This document shows, one piece after another, positions 9,370 to 19,213 of a stretch of DNA of 64,000 nucleotides. The stretch is taken from positions 1,856-65,855 of the forward strand of contig CAVVRY010000013.1 of assembly GCA_963750735.1 (NCBI GenBank), read 5' to 3'. The notes beneath the pieces are model-generated. The model was given only the letters and a program-made list of their open reading frames with translations, was not told the origin of the DNA and searched no databases. This stretch comes from an uncultured Bacteroidales bacterium. GTDB taxonomy: Bacteria; Bacteroidota; Bacteroidia; Bacteroidales; VadinHA17. The translations under genes were made by a program, and so were the position numbers. Positions within the stretch are counted from its first letter, which is position 1. Each line of letters opens with the position of its first letter.

Positions 9370-10062
9370 TTATCCACTTCTACTGATTTTTTGTAGTAAT
9401 CCCATGTTAAGGATCTTAAAGCCTTTTCCTTTGGGTTCAATTATCTTATCATCACTGAATTCTGCTAAAATACGGACTACGCTTTCAACAGCCATTCCTG
9501 ACAATTCTGCAAGATCCTTTCGTGACAAATAGGCATATATATCTTCCGATTTAAACTCTTCTCCATTTAAGTAAAGGAGTGTACTTGCCAGTTTACCATG
9601 TAATTGCTTCAATCCCTGATCAAAACATTTGGTAAACATAAGATTGTAATTTTTACAATACCAGCTAACAATTTCATGGGTGAATATGTTACTTTCTGAA
9701 AGTAAATTACGAATTGCATCCACTTCAATAGAACAAATAATTGTATTGGTTAATGCTGCTGCAGAATAATGATAGGTATGGTCGCCATATAAAGATGTAA
9801 GACCCAGGAAATCATTTGATTTTAAAAGTTTGACAATTACATTCTTGCTTGGGCTTTCCAGGTAAACTTTTACAATACCCTCTAAAACATAAAAAACAGA
9901 TGAAACATAGGTTCCTTCTTTAATTATTGTTTCCCCTTTCCTATAGCTGATCTGTACTTTTTGTTGTTCTGCAAACTTTTCTACAAAATCAATTTTTTGC
10001 GTAAAACAATCCGAACTTCTATCGCACTCAATACAATTTCTTTTTTCAATAAATCGATTCAT
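9370..10062 (-). CDS. FNR-type Crp/Fnr family transcriptional regulator (copy 1)
   Basis: 230 aa. N-terminal C-x2-C-x5-C (NCIECDRSSDC) plus a central Cys (IICSIEVD), the same pattern as the E. coli FNR [4Fe-4S] ligands. cNMP-binding-like beta-roll. C-terminal HTH SRKDLAELSGMAVESVVRIL. Confidence 0.8.
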   Translation of the reverse strand: MNRFIEKRNCIECDRSSDCFTQKIDFVEKFAEQQKVQISYRKGETIIKEGTYVSSVFYVLEGIVKVYLESPSKNVIVKLLKSNDFLGLTSLYGDHTYHYSAAALTNTIICSIEVDAIRNLLSESNIFTHEIVSWYCKNYNLMFTKCFDQGLKQLHGKLASTLLYLNGEEFKSEDIYAYLSRKDLAELSGMAVESVVRILAEFSDDKIIEPKGKGFKILNMGLLQKISRSG

Positions 10063-10232
10063 TAGTAGGATTTTTCACCAATGCTTTGTTGTAAACTACA
10101 TTATTATAAAGATACAAATCTTATCTGTAATTGTAGTTATTGGCAATCCTTAAATATGGATGGTTTTAATTTTTTAATTTAATAATATACTCTCTATAGC
10201 CAGGTTAATAATACTTAGGAACAAAGGAGTTT

Positions 10233-10937
10233 CTATACTTCCTCTAACACAAATAATATTGGAAAAGTAAATGATACCCGTACTGGTATTCCCCTTTGTT
10301 TTCCAGGGGTCCATTTTGGTGAAGATTTTACCACACGCAGGGCCTCAGCATCCAGCGCAGGATCTATCCCTCTTAAAATGCTTACATTACTGACTGAGCC
10401 ATCAGGTTCCACAACAAATTTAACAAAAACTCTACCACTGATTCCGTTTTCAGCAGCGACCTGTGGATATTTTAGATTTTGGAAAATATATTTTCTAAAA
10501 CCTTCCTGCCCTTCCCCTCTAAAGTCAGGCATATCTTCCACTATGAAAAAGATTTCCGCTTCTTCCGCTTCTTCTTCAGTTTCCTGCCCAAATTCAGTAA
10601 ATTTCATGATTTCAATCTCAGTATCCTGACTTACTTCAAAATCCTTCAGTATAAATTCATCGTTAATTTCAATTTCATCATCAACGATTTCAAATATTTC
10701 AATGATTTTCTCAGGTTCCGGGGGTGCTAATGGTTCTTGTTTTTCCTGAGTAGTTACAGGAATAATTTCCTCTTCAAATATTTCGGATGTTCCTGCCATA
10801 TATTCATTTAGTGAGGAACTGCTTGAGCTCCATTCAAAGGCAATTACTACGGCAGAAATAGCAATAACCAGGCCTATTTCTAAAAACAAGAATCTTGTTT
10901 TTTCAAGGTCTGCTTTTGGAGATTTTTTTGTTTCCAT
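10233..10937 (-). CDS. TonB family protein (energy transducer)
   Basis: 234 aa. N-terminal membrane anchor, acidic Glu-rich linker, and a C-terminal TonB_C-like segment: YPQVAAENGISGRVFVKFVVEPDGSVSNVSILRGIDPALDAEALRVVKSSPKWTPGKQRG. Confidence 0.8.
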   Translation of the reverse strand: METKKSPKADLEKTRFLFLEIGLVIAISAVVIAFEWSSSSSSLNEYMAGTSEIFEEEIIPVTTQEKQEPLAPPEPEKIIEIFEIVDDEIEINDEFILKDFEVSQDTEIEIMKFTEFGQETEEEAEEAEIFFIVEDMPDFRGEGQEGFRKYIFQNLKYPQVAAENGISGRVFVKFVVEPDGSVSNVSILRGIDPALDAEALRVVKSSPKWTPGKQRGIPVRVSFTFPILFVLEEV

Positions 10938-10988
10938 GGTATTTTATTTTAAATTGTTAAACAAAAACCAGAATCAAAATTGTAAGCT

Positions 10989-11061
10989 TCAATAGCACAT
11001 TTTATCATTTGTTTCAAGGTCCCCTTCGATATAATCTTCTATCAGTTTGTCCGGCTCCTGA
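10989..11061 (-). pseudogene. 73-bp 3' stub of a NifX/NifB-like gene (duplication scar)
   Basis: Near-identical to 18824-18896, the 3' end of the NifX-like gene. Homology stops abruptly after CCGGCTCCTGA. Confidence 0.75.
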
Positions 11062-11269
11062 ATCTTACTGCAGAAGCTATGAGCGTAGTCTTTTTTTTAT
11101 TGTATAAAGTGTAATTAATTAATGGATAATTGTGATTTAGGGTCTGGTTTTGTGAAATATAAAATATGAAAATTTCATGTAAAAACCAAAAAAATATTTG
11201 AGTTTTGTATTACAAGAAAAACTGTTTTGTAAATTGCGAGAGGAAAGTCACTCACTTAAGCTTTACCCT

Positions 11270-11850
11270 ATGGGTACTTTTGAATATTTATCTGTATTTG
11301 TCTCAATTATTTTGGGTTTAGGTATAACCTAGGGATAGTCGGAGTCGGTCAACTGGTGAGAAAAAGAAATCAATATGAATTCTACTGGTTACATACAATT
11401 CAAATTTTTGCAACATTTTTGATTTTGCTCAACGCCTGGTGGATTACCTACAGCTGGGTAGGAATGACAGATCTTTCTTTTTTTCATTATCTGTTTTTAA
11501 CCTGTGCCCCCTTTGTTATCGTTTTGGCCTCTACTTTCCTGTTTCCTGGCAGAGAAGAATCAAATAATAAGAGCCTTAAGGATCATTATTTCTCAGTTTA
11601 CAGACCTTACTATATACTAATAAGCCTTGTATGGCCATTGGATTTTATCGATACACTATTGAAAGGAACTGATCGGGTTGCGGAACTCGGGTGGACATAT
11701 GCAGTGATATCCTGGGCTGCATTTCCTATTATTGCTTCAGTGGCTTTCACTCGCAAGCCATGGTATCATGGATTGGTACAAATTATCAATATCATTGGAT
11801 TGATTGTAACAAAATTCATGTATGCCCCAACACTTGAGTCACTTATTTGA
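11270..11850 (+). pseudogene. Disrupted paralog of the 5425-6006 membrane protein
   Basis: Same ATG context as copy A. A 1-nt deletion turns ACC TAT GGG into ACC TAG at codon 21. The remaining ORF (11356-11850) only restarts at a GTG. Confidence 0.8.
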
Positions 11851-11861
11851 GAAATATTCTA

Positions 11862-12724
11862 ATGTGTGAAAAAATAAAATCGGGCAGGAGTATATATTTT
11901 GCATTGATATTAGCTATGCTTCTATTCGGCTGTCTGGAAAAGAAAAAGGAAGAAAGAACAAATCGTTTTAAAGAATCCAGACAGCTTGTTTTGGAGGAGA
12001 TTCAGGAGATTTTTGATTCTTCCTTTGTAAAAGGTTCAATATTGGTGTTTGATCCCCAACGCAATATATATTATTCCAATGATTTCAAATGGGCAAACCA
12101 GGGGAAACTTCCAGCTTCTACGTTTAAAATTCCGAATTCAATAATAGCCCTGGAAACTGGTATTATTGATAGTGACAGTAGTATAATTAAGTGGGATGGC
12201 GAAAAAAGGAATTTGGCTATTTGGGAACAGAATCTTAGCTTTCATGACGCATTTCAGTTTTCATGTGTTCCATGTTACCAGGAAATTGCAAGGGAAATAG
12301 GTGAAAACAGGATGCGTAAATACCTTGCAAATTGGAATATGGTGAAATGGTTTTTGACTCAAATAGCATTGATTGGTTCTGGTTGGTTGGAGAGTCAGCA
12401 ATATCACAATTCCAACAAATTGATTTTCTTGAAAGATTTTACAATGGTGAGCTTCCAATATCTGACAGAACAGAGACAATAATGAAAAGGATGATGCTCA
12501 TCGAGAAAACAGATGATTATGCTTTATCAGGCAAAACAGGTTGGTCGTATTATAAGGAGATTGATAATGGCTGGTTTGTAGGCTATGTTGCCAAAAACAA
12601 AGAGATATATTACTTTGCCACGAATATTGAACCTCTAGAGAGTTTGAACATGGATTTATTTCCTGACCTGAGGAAGGAAATAACAATGGAAGCATTAAGA
12701 AGACTGGAAATAATAGAATATTAA
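11862..12724 (+). pseudogene. Frameshifted class D beta-lactamase paralog
   Basis: A 1-nt deletion (GCGAAATTGG in copy A versus GCAAATTGG) near 12328 splits the gene into ORFs 11847-12482 and 12332-12724. STFK is still present in the first part and KTG in the second. Confidence 0.85.
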
Positions 12725-12848
12725 TTCGTTCCACATTATTATGAATTCATGAACAGTCTTTTGAAGGTTAAAATCAGGAGTTAGCGCTTCAAGCTTTTGG
12801 TCATTTTTTGTACATTCGTTGCTTAAACCTGATAACTAAATATTTATC

Positions 12849-15153
12849 ATGAGATCATTGACAATTATCTTAATCATCGTAATATTTACTGCATGTAGTT
12901 ACCATGAAGAAACATCTAACCTGAAGCTCTGGTACAACCAGCCGGCAGAGGCCTGGACAGATGCCTTCCAGTTGGCAATGGTCGTTTGGGTGCTATGGTT
13001 CACGGAGGAGTCGCAAAGGAATACATCCAGTTCAATGAAGAAACTCTATGGAAAGGCGGTCCACATGACTATGCCCATAAGGGGGCAGTGAACTACCTGA
13101 GCGAGATAAGACAACTTCTATTTGACGGCAAACAAAACGAGGCACACAAGCTGGCAATGGAAAAGTTTATGAGTACTCCATTAACCCAGATGGAATACCA
13201 ACCCTTTGGTGATCTCTATTTTGAATTTCCCGGGCATGAAGACTACAGTAATTATTATCGTGAGCTCGATATTGAGAAAGCTGTTTGTAAAACATCTTAC
13301 TCAGTGAATGATATTTTATACACCCGTGAAGTAATTGCCAGTTATCCAAGCAGGTAATTGCTGTTCATATTGAGTCTAGTAAGGCGAAATCTCTTTCATT
13401 CAATGTTTATATGGATGCCAGCCATGAAATAAAATCTCTGTCTACAGAAGGGAATACTCAGATTTTGCAGGTGGCTGTGAAGGATGGTGAATTGAGGGGA
13501 ACTGCCGGTATAAAAGTTGAATCAGATGGGACGATTTCAAATGAAAATGATAAAATTGTTATAAAAAATGCCAGATCAGCAACCATATTGTTGAGTGCCA
13601 GCACGAATTTTATTTCATACAAGGATATTAGCAAAGATCCACTGGCCAGCATGCAAAATGTATTGAATGCTTCGGAAGGACTCTCATTTAAAGAGATAAA
13701 AGAAAATCATATAGCTGATTATCAGTCTCTTTTTAACAGATTTTCACTTGACCTGGGAACAAATGGAAGGGATAGTCTTCCAACTGACCAGAGACTTGAG
13801 AAGTTTATTGAATCACCAGAAGATCCATCCCTGATTAGTCTGTATACTCAATTTGGGCGTTACCTGCTGATATCCTCCAGTCGTCCAGGTACTCAACCGG
13901 CAAACTTGCAGGGAATCTGGAACAAGGAACTTGATCCGCCATGGGGAAGTAAGTATACTACCAATATCAATGCAGAAATGAATTACTGGCCGGCTGAGTT
14001 AACCAATCTCTCAGAATGCCATGAACCACTTTTTGGCTTAATAGAGGATTGCTCAGAGACAGGAAAAAATGTTGCAAAGGAACATTATGGAGCTGATGGA
14101 TGGATTTTACATCACAACACAGACCTATGGCGAGGGACGGCTCCAATAAACCATTCAAATCACGGAATGTGGCTTGGTGGAAGTGGTTGGATGTCAAGTC
14201 ATTTGTGGGAGCATTATCTATTTACTCAGGATCTTACATTTTTAGAAAAAAGGGCCTACCCCATTATGAAAAGTGCTGCTACTTTTTATTCGCAAATACT
14301 TATTGAAGATCCTGATACAGGCTGGTTGATAAGCACCCCTTCCAATTCACCGGAGATTGGGGGAATGGTGGCAGGTCCGACTATGGATCATCAGATTATC
14401 CGTTCTCTTTTTAAATCATGTGTAGAAGCCTCAGAAATATTGGGTGTTGATCCTGAATTCAGAAGCCAGTTAAAGACTCTGATTCCAAAAATTGCTCCAA
14501 ATCAAATTGGAAAATACGGACAGTTACAGGAATGGCTTCAGGATATTGATGATCCGGAAGTAAAACACCGCCATGTTTCCCATTTGTGGGGTGTACACCC
14601 TGGTAAGGATATTACCTGGGAAAATAATCCGAAATTGATGGAAGCTGCCAAACAATCACTCCTGTTTCGGGGAGATAATGGCACAGGATGGAGCCTCTCC
14701 TGGAAAATTAACTTCTGGGCTCGTTTTCTGGATGGAGATCATGCCTATGAGTTAATTAAATTACTTTTCAGACCGGTGTCTTCAACAAATACAAAGTACA
14801 TGGGTGGAGGAGGATCCTATGCAAACCTTTTCGATGCGCATCCCCCATTCCAGATTGATGGAAATTTTGGCGCTCCTGCAGGTATTGTGGAGATGTTGAT
14901 ACAGTCACATCAATCTGTTATTGATATATTGCCAGCTTTGCCCTCTGCATTGCCGAATGGTAAAATCTCTGGTGTTTGTGCCCGTGGAGGCTTTGAACTA
15001 ACATTTAGTTGGGAAAATGGGACTCTTACTAGTTTAAAAGTTCTTTCAAAGGCTGGTAAACCTTGCGTTTTGCGTTACAAAGGAGAGATTATAGACTTTG
15101 AAACAATGTCCGGACAAAGCTATATTCTGGATGAGGAAATAAAGAGTCTTTAA
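12849..15153 (+). pseudogene. Frameshifted GH95 paralog
   Basis: Three ORF pieces in three different frames (12849-13091, 12986-13357, 13411-15153). 1-nt deletions relative to copy A lie near 12963 and 13350. Confidence 0.85.
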
Positions 15154-15210
15154 GATTATATACTATATTTATTTTGGCAGATTGTTGGAACCAACTCATC
15201 TTTTTGAGAT

Positions 15211-15903
15211 TTATCCACTTTTACTGATTTTTCGAAGGAGTTCCAGGTTAAGAATTTCGATTTTCTTTCCATTTAATTCAATTATCTTATCATCACTGAA
15301 TTCAGCTAAAATACGAACTACACTTTCTACTGCCATTCCGGACAATTCTGCCAGGTCTTTTCTTGAAAGATATGAGTATATGTCTTCCGATTTAAATTTC
15401 TCTTTATTTAAGTATAGCAAAGTAGCTGCCAGCTTTCCATTTAACTGCTTCAATCCCAGGTTGTAGCACTTTGTAAACATCAGGTTATAGTTTTCACAGT
15501 ACCATCTGACTATTTCGTGTGTGAATTTATGGCTCTCAGATAATAAACCACGCATAGCTTCCACATCAATAGTACAGATTGTAGTGTCTGACAACGCTGT
15601 CGCAGAAAAATAATAGGTGTGGTCTCCGAAAAGAGAGGTTAATCCTAGAAAATCATTTGATTTTAGAAGTTTAACTATGATGTTTCTATTTGGGCCTTCT
15701 AGATAGACTTTTACGAAACCATCCAACAGGTAAAACACCGATGAAACAAAGGTGCCTTTTTTAATTATTGTTTCCCCCTTTTTATAATTAATCTGTACTT
15801 TTTGCTGATTGAAGAATTCTTCATTATGATCTATTAATCGGGTAAAACAGTCCAGATTTCTCCTGCAGTCAATACAATTTGTTTTTTCAATATACTGATT
15901 CAT
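15211..15903 (-). CDS. FNR-type Crp/Fnr family transcriptional regulator (copy 2)
   Basis: 230 aa, same length as copy 1. NCIDCRRNLDC plus TICTIDVE cysteines conserved. HTH SRKDLAELSGMAVESVVRIL identical. Clearly more diverged from copy 1 than the flanking GH95 DNA is from its own copy. Confidence 0.8.
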   Translation of the reverse strand: MNQYIEKTNCIDCRRNLDCFTRLIDHNEEFFNQQKVQINYKKGETIIKKGTFVSSVFYLLDGFVKVYLEGPNRNIIVKLLKSNDFLGLTSLFGDHTYYFSATALSDTTICTIDVEAMRGLLSESHKFTHEIVRWYCENYNLMFTKCYNLGLKQLNGKLAATLLYLNKEKFKSEDIYSYLSRKDLAELSGMAVESVVRILAEFSDDKIIELNGKKIEILNLELLRKISKSG

Positions 15904-16056
15904 GGAGTTGAAATAAGTAATCTTGCCGGAATTGAGTCACAATAGTTTCTCTATATAAAGATATAAAACTTATCAATAGGAAACATGTATAAACCAAATA
16001 TCAGGGTATCACTGTTTTTTTCATATGTAATGTATCCTGACACATTTCTAACCATT

Positions 16057-16094
16057 GAGAAAACATAATCCCATGCTATTTATGAAGTCATGGG
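16057..16094 (-). terminator. Terminator candidate downstream of the oxidoreductase gene
   Basis: Stem CCCATG (16070-16075) / CATGGG (16089-16094). On the minus strand it is followed by ATTATGTTTTCTC. The T-tract is only moderate. Confidence 0.35.
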
Positions 16095-16131
16095 ACCATT
16101 TTTCATTTACCTAAAATACTATGGCTTAATG

Positions 16132-17490
16132 CTAAAACATTATTTGTATTGCTACATTGCCAGCTGCTTTTAAGAGTGGATAGCCAGCTGGTGAAGCAGT
16201 AAGTAATGGATGGGTACCTACCTGCATTGTTAACAGAGAATTTATGTTCATTTTGTTTTGAATAATAATGCCAATAGCATTTATTAGTTCACCTACCGAG
16301 TAGCCACCAAAAACCTCACCTCCAAGAATTACTCCGGATTCTTTTCCAACAATTAGTTTAACCATCTGTTTTTTTGTATCTGTTAATGTACCTGGATGTT
16401 TATCCATTCCCTCAAATACTCCGGTTATTATATCAAATCCTTCAGCCAAGGCCTGCGATTCAGTTATTCCTGCAACACCAAAAGCAGTTTTTCCGATGAC
16501 TGTTGAGAAAATTGAAATTGTGCCACTGAATGTTTTTATTGCACAAAGCTTAAATAAATTAACTCCCGCTATTCTAGCCTCGGCACATGCTGTTGATGCC
16601 AGCATAGCACAGCTAGGTTTCCGGGTAATAAAATCGCGTTTTTCAGCGCAATCACCTATAGCGAAAATGTCTGGGTTATCCGTTCTTAAATACTCATCAA
16701 CCCTAATACATCCATGATTATTTATACTTAATCCAGCTTGCTCTGCTAGCTTAGAATTAGGATGGTACTCAACTGATAAAACAACAGCATCGGTTTCAAC
16801 TCTTGTACCATTTTCCAGAAGTACACTATTTACTTTATCAACTCCCAATAACTCTTTAACTCCAATACCCAACATAATATTAATTCCTTGCTCTTTAAGT
16901 ATTTCCTCTGCTTTTTGAGAAAACTCTTTGTCAAAAGCTGTACTGAGAATATGTGGCAATTTTTCAATAAGGACAATTTCTTTTCCCGATTTTCTCAATT
17001 CATCAGAAAGTTCCACACCAATAAAGCCTGCCCCAATAACAGCAATTTTTTTACAATCCTTAAAGTTATTTTTCATATTGTCGAGATATCCTTTATCCTT
17101 TGGAACTGTAAAAACATTATTTAAACTGGTGCCATTCATCCATTTTGGATTAGTCGGTGTTGAACCAGTGGCCAGGACAAGTTTTACATAAGATATTTCA
17201 CTGCCGTCTTCTAATTCACATGTTTTTTTTATACGGTTAATGGAAATAACTTCACCGATTATTAATTCTATATCAGAGTTTTCAAACATTTTATCTGAGG
17301 GTAAGATATTTTCATCTGTACCTGCAATTGAACTAAATGTGTATGGTATGCCACATGGAACCAGTGTTTTTTCTTCTTTTCTAATAACTGTAATTTTTTT
17401 ATCTGGATATACTCTCTTTCCGGCTAATGCGGCAACTAAACCTGCTGCACTGCTTCCAATGACCAGTACATCTGTAGATTTCATTTTCAT
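16132..17490 (-). CDS. FAD-dependent pyridine nucleotide-disulfide oxidoreductase (NADH oxidase / CoA-disulfide reductase class)
   Basis: 452 aa. FAD fold VLVIGSSAAG. Single redox Cys in TLVPCGIPY. Second dinucleotide fold IAVIGAGFIGVE. GD motif AIGDCA. Confidence 0.85.
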   Translation of the reverse strand: MKMKSTDVLVIGSSAAGLVAALAGKRVYPDKKITVIRKEEKTLVPCGIPYTFSSIAGTDENILPSDKMFENSDIELIIGEVISINRIKKTCELEDGSEISYVKLVLATGSTPTNPKWMNGTSLNNVFTVPKDKGYLDNMKNNFKDCKKIAVIGAGFIGVELSDELRKSGKEIVLIEKLPHILSTAFDKEFSQKAEEILKEQGINIMLGIGVKELLGVDKVNSVLLENGTRVETDAVVLSVEYHPNSKLAEQAGLSINNHGCIRVDEYLRTDNPDIFAIGDCAEKRDFITRKPSCAMLASTACAEARIAGVNLFKLCAIKTFSGTISIFSTVIGKTAFGVAGITESQALAEGFDIITGVFEGMDKHPGTLTDTKKQMVKLIVGKESGVILGGEVFGGYSVGELINAIGIIIQNKMNINSLLTMQVGTHPLLTASPAGYPLLKAAGNVAIQIMF

Positions 17491-17551
17491 GTCTTATAGT
17501 ATTAATATTTTGAATAAAATTAATGTATGCTTTGATATATTTCTATGGCAA

Positions 17552-18007
17552 TTATAGGTTTAAGTTTGCCAGTTTCTCCAGCAATTGTGTATCCTCTTTT
17601 TTTGTCTTTTTAATCATATAGTAGAAGATGCTGGTGACATTTCCGTTGGATTTTTCTTCAAAGGACAAGGCCTCATAAAGCTTTAGCAGGCAATTATCGA
17701 AATGTAGTTCTATGCCGGCTAAATCATCGATTGATAAATCTGGACTGGTGTTTATGTCTTTTAGGCACTCAGAAATCTGATTAGATATTTTATTGGTTGG
17801 AAAAAGCAGCCAGAAATTCATTGCCTTGGCTCTTCTTTTATGCTTTTCAAGATATTCTTCCCTTTGTTTCTCCTGGCGGCACAGATCAGCCAATAAGGTT
17901 TTTACTTTAGTATCCTTAGCTTTGCTGTAAAGGCTAAGATACAATTCACATACCTGCTTGTGGTAGTATTGAATCTGCTCAATTATCTCACTTTTTAATT
18001 TATACAT
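17552..18007 (-). CDS. Uncharacterised all-helical protein, paralog 1 (possibly a degenerate ferritin/rubrerythrin-like four-helix bundle)
   Basis: 151-aa ORF. Paralogous to 19214-19678 with shared blocks MYK, EI..QI...HK, LCR.EK.REE, SIDD, H.D.CL.K.YEAL and KKTK. A purine-rich GGGAG lies before the ATG. Fold assignment is a guess. Confidence 0.6.
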   Translation of the reverse strand: MYKLKSEIIEQIQYYHKQVCELYLSLYSKAKDTKVKTLLADLCRQEKQREEYLEKHKRRAKAMNFWLLFPTNKISNQISECLKDINTSPDLSIDDLAGIELHFDNCLLKLYEALSFEEKSNGNVTSIFYYMIKKTKKEDTQLLEKLANLNL

Positions 18008-18060
18008 TATTTTCTCCCTTCATTATATATAGTTCAAAAACTAGATTATTCTGATGACCT

Positions 18061-18769
18061 TTAAATTGTTGATAATTTGAAGTTAAGGGGGAAATAAAAA
18101 GCAACTCTGACCGGTTTACCTCTCTGCTTTCCTGTTCCATTGGGCGATGATTTTACAACCCTTATTGCTTCTTGGTCAAGGGCAGGATCAACACCACGGA
18201 CCAATTGAACATTTGAAATAGAACCATCAGCTTCAACTACAAATTTTACAAAAACTCTACCACTGATACCGTTTTCAGCTGCAACCGGTGGATATCTTAG
18301 ATTTTCTTAAATATATTTACTAAAGCCAGTTCATGTGTCTTTGCCCTCTAAAGTAGGCATATCTTCCACTATGAAAAAGATTTCCGCTTCTTCCTCTTCT
18401 TCAGTCTTCCTGCTCAAATTCAGTAAATTTCATGATTTCAATCTCAGTATCCTGGCTTACTTCAAAATCCTTCAGTATAAATTCATCGTTAATTTCAATT
18501 TCATCATCAACGATTTCAAATATTTCAATGATTTTCTCAGGTTCAGGGGGTGCTAATAGGTTCTTGTTTTTCCTGAGTAGTTACAGGAATAATTTCCTCT
18601 TCAAATATTTCGGTATAAGTTCCTGCCATATATTCATTTAGTGAGGAACTGCTTGAGCTCCATTCAAAGGCAATTACTGACGGCAGAAATAGCAATAACC
18701 AGGCCTATTTCTAAGAAACAAGAATCTTGTTTTTTCAAGGTCTGCTTTTGGAGATTTTTTTGTTTCCAT
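18061..18769 (-). pseudogene. Decayed TonB-family paralog
   Basis: Collinear with 10233-10937. The start context (TTTCCATGG) is conserved. Several 1-nt indels relative to the intact copy, plus CAA to TAA (..KYI* versus ..KYIFQ). The C-terminal TonB_C segment is still readable (PVAAENGISGRVFVKFVVEADGS..). No long minus-strand ORF. Confidence 0.8.
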
Positions 18770-18823
18770 GGTCATTTTATTTTAAAATTGTTAAACAAAA
18801 ACCAGAATCAAAATTGTAAGCTT

Positions 18824-19162
18824 TCAATAGCACATTTTATCATTTGTTTCAAGGTCCCCTTCGATATAATCTTCTATCAGTTTGTCCGGCTCCTGAGTTG
18901 ATACGCCAACATACAGCTGTATTTTGTTATCGCATAATGATTTGGCTAAATCTTTTCTAATCCATCTGGTTATAACAACATTCACACCTTGATTAGCCAG
19001 GTTTTCCGGAATTACATCCAGCTTTTTATTTTGAATGTTTTCCAAATGCCGGGCAGTAATTAGCGAATCTGATGCATGATAGGTCATAGATCATGAATTG
19101 CTTTGATTTTTCAAATTGAAGGGCTGCTTCCCCGTTTGAAACTGGTATTGCGATTTTAGTCA
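18824..19162 (-). pseudogene. NifX/NifB-like (dinitrogenase Fe-Mo cofactor biosynthesis domain) protein, apparent frameshift
   Basis: The ORF 18824-19087 ends in ..NLANQGVNVVITR..IQLYVGVS..EDYIEGDLET, typical of the family. The expected N-terminus MTKIAIPVSNGEAALQFEKSKQFMIYD is encoded from the ATG at 19162 in another frame. The frames meet near 19080. Confidence 0.55.
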
Positions 19163-19213
19163 TTTTAATCCTGTTTAAATATTATGGTTAGTACGTATTA
19201 TATATTTCAGAAA

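Larger units (their letters stand above)
5175..11061. repeat. Segmental duplication, unit 1 (all genes intact)
   Basis: Collinear with 11062-18896. Offsets are 5841-5845 nt for 5261-10130 versus 11106-15975. The 10233-11061 part matches 18061-18896. Confidence 0.85.
11062..18896. repeat. Segmental duplication, unit 2 (cargo genes decayed; carries an extra ~2 kb)
   Basis: Same gene order as unit 1. An additional segment of about 15975-18060 (oxidoreductase plus helical protein) is absent from unit 1. Confidence 0.85.

Noticed and set aside
10378-10730. Plus-strand ORFs (83 aa each), and their twins at 18335-18641
   Set aside because: They are antisense shadows of the Glu-rich linker of the TonB gene (low-complexity Ser/Phe-rich translations). 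They recur only because the DNA is duplicated.
17532-17545. FNR box TTGAT-ATAT-TTCTA upstream of the oxidoreductase gene
   Set aside because: Only one half-site matches TTGAT-N4-ATCAA. A single half-site in AT-rich DNA is expected by chance. It is mentioned in the FNR finding but not annotated as a feature.
5175-18896. Duplication as a composite transposon or integrated mobile element
   Set aside because: There is no transposase, integrase or recombinase ORF, no terminal inverted repeats, and no tRNA target at the boundaries. The junction looks like a simple head-to-tail duplication.
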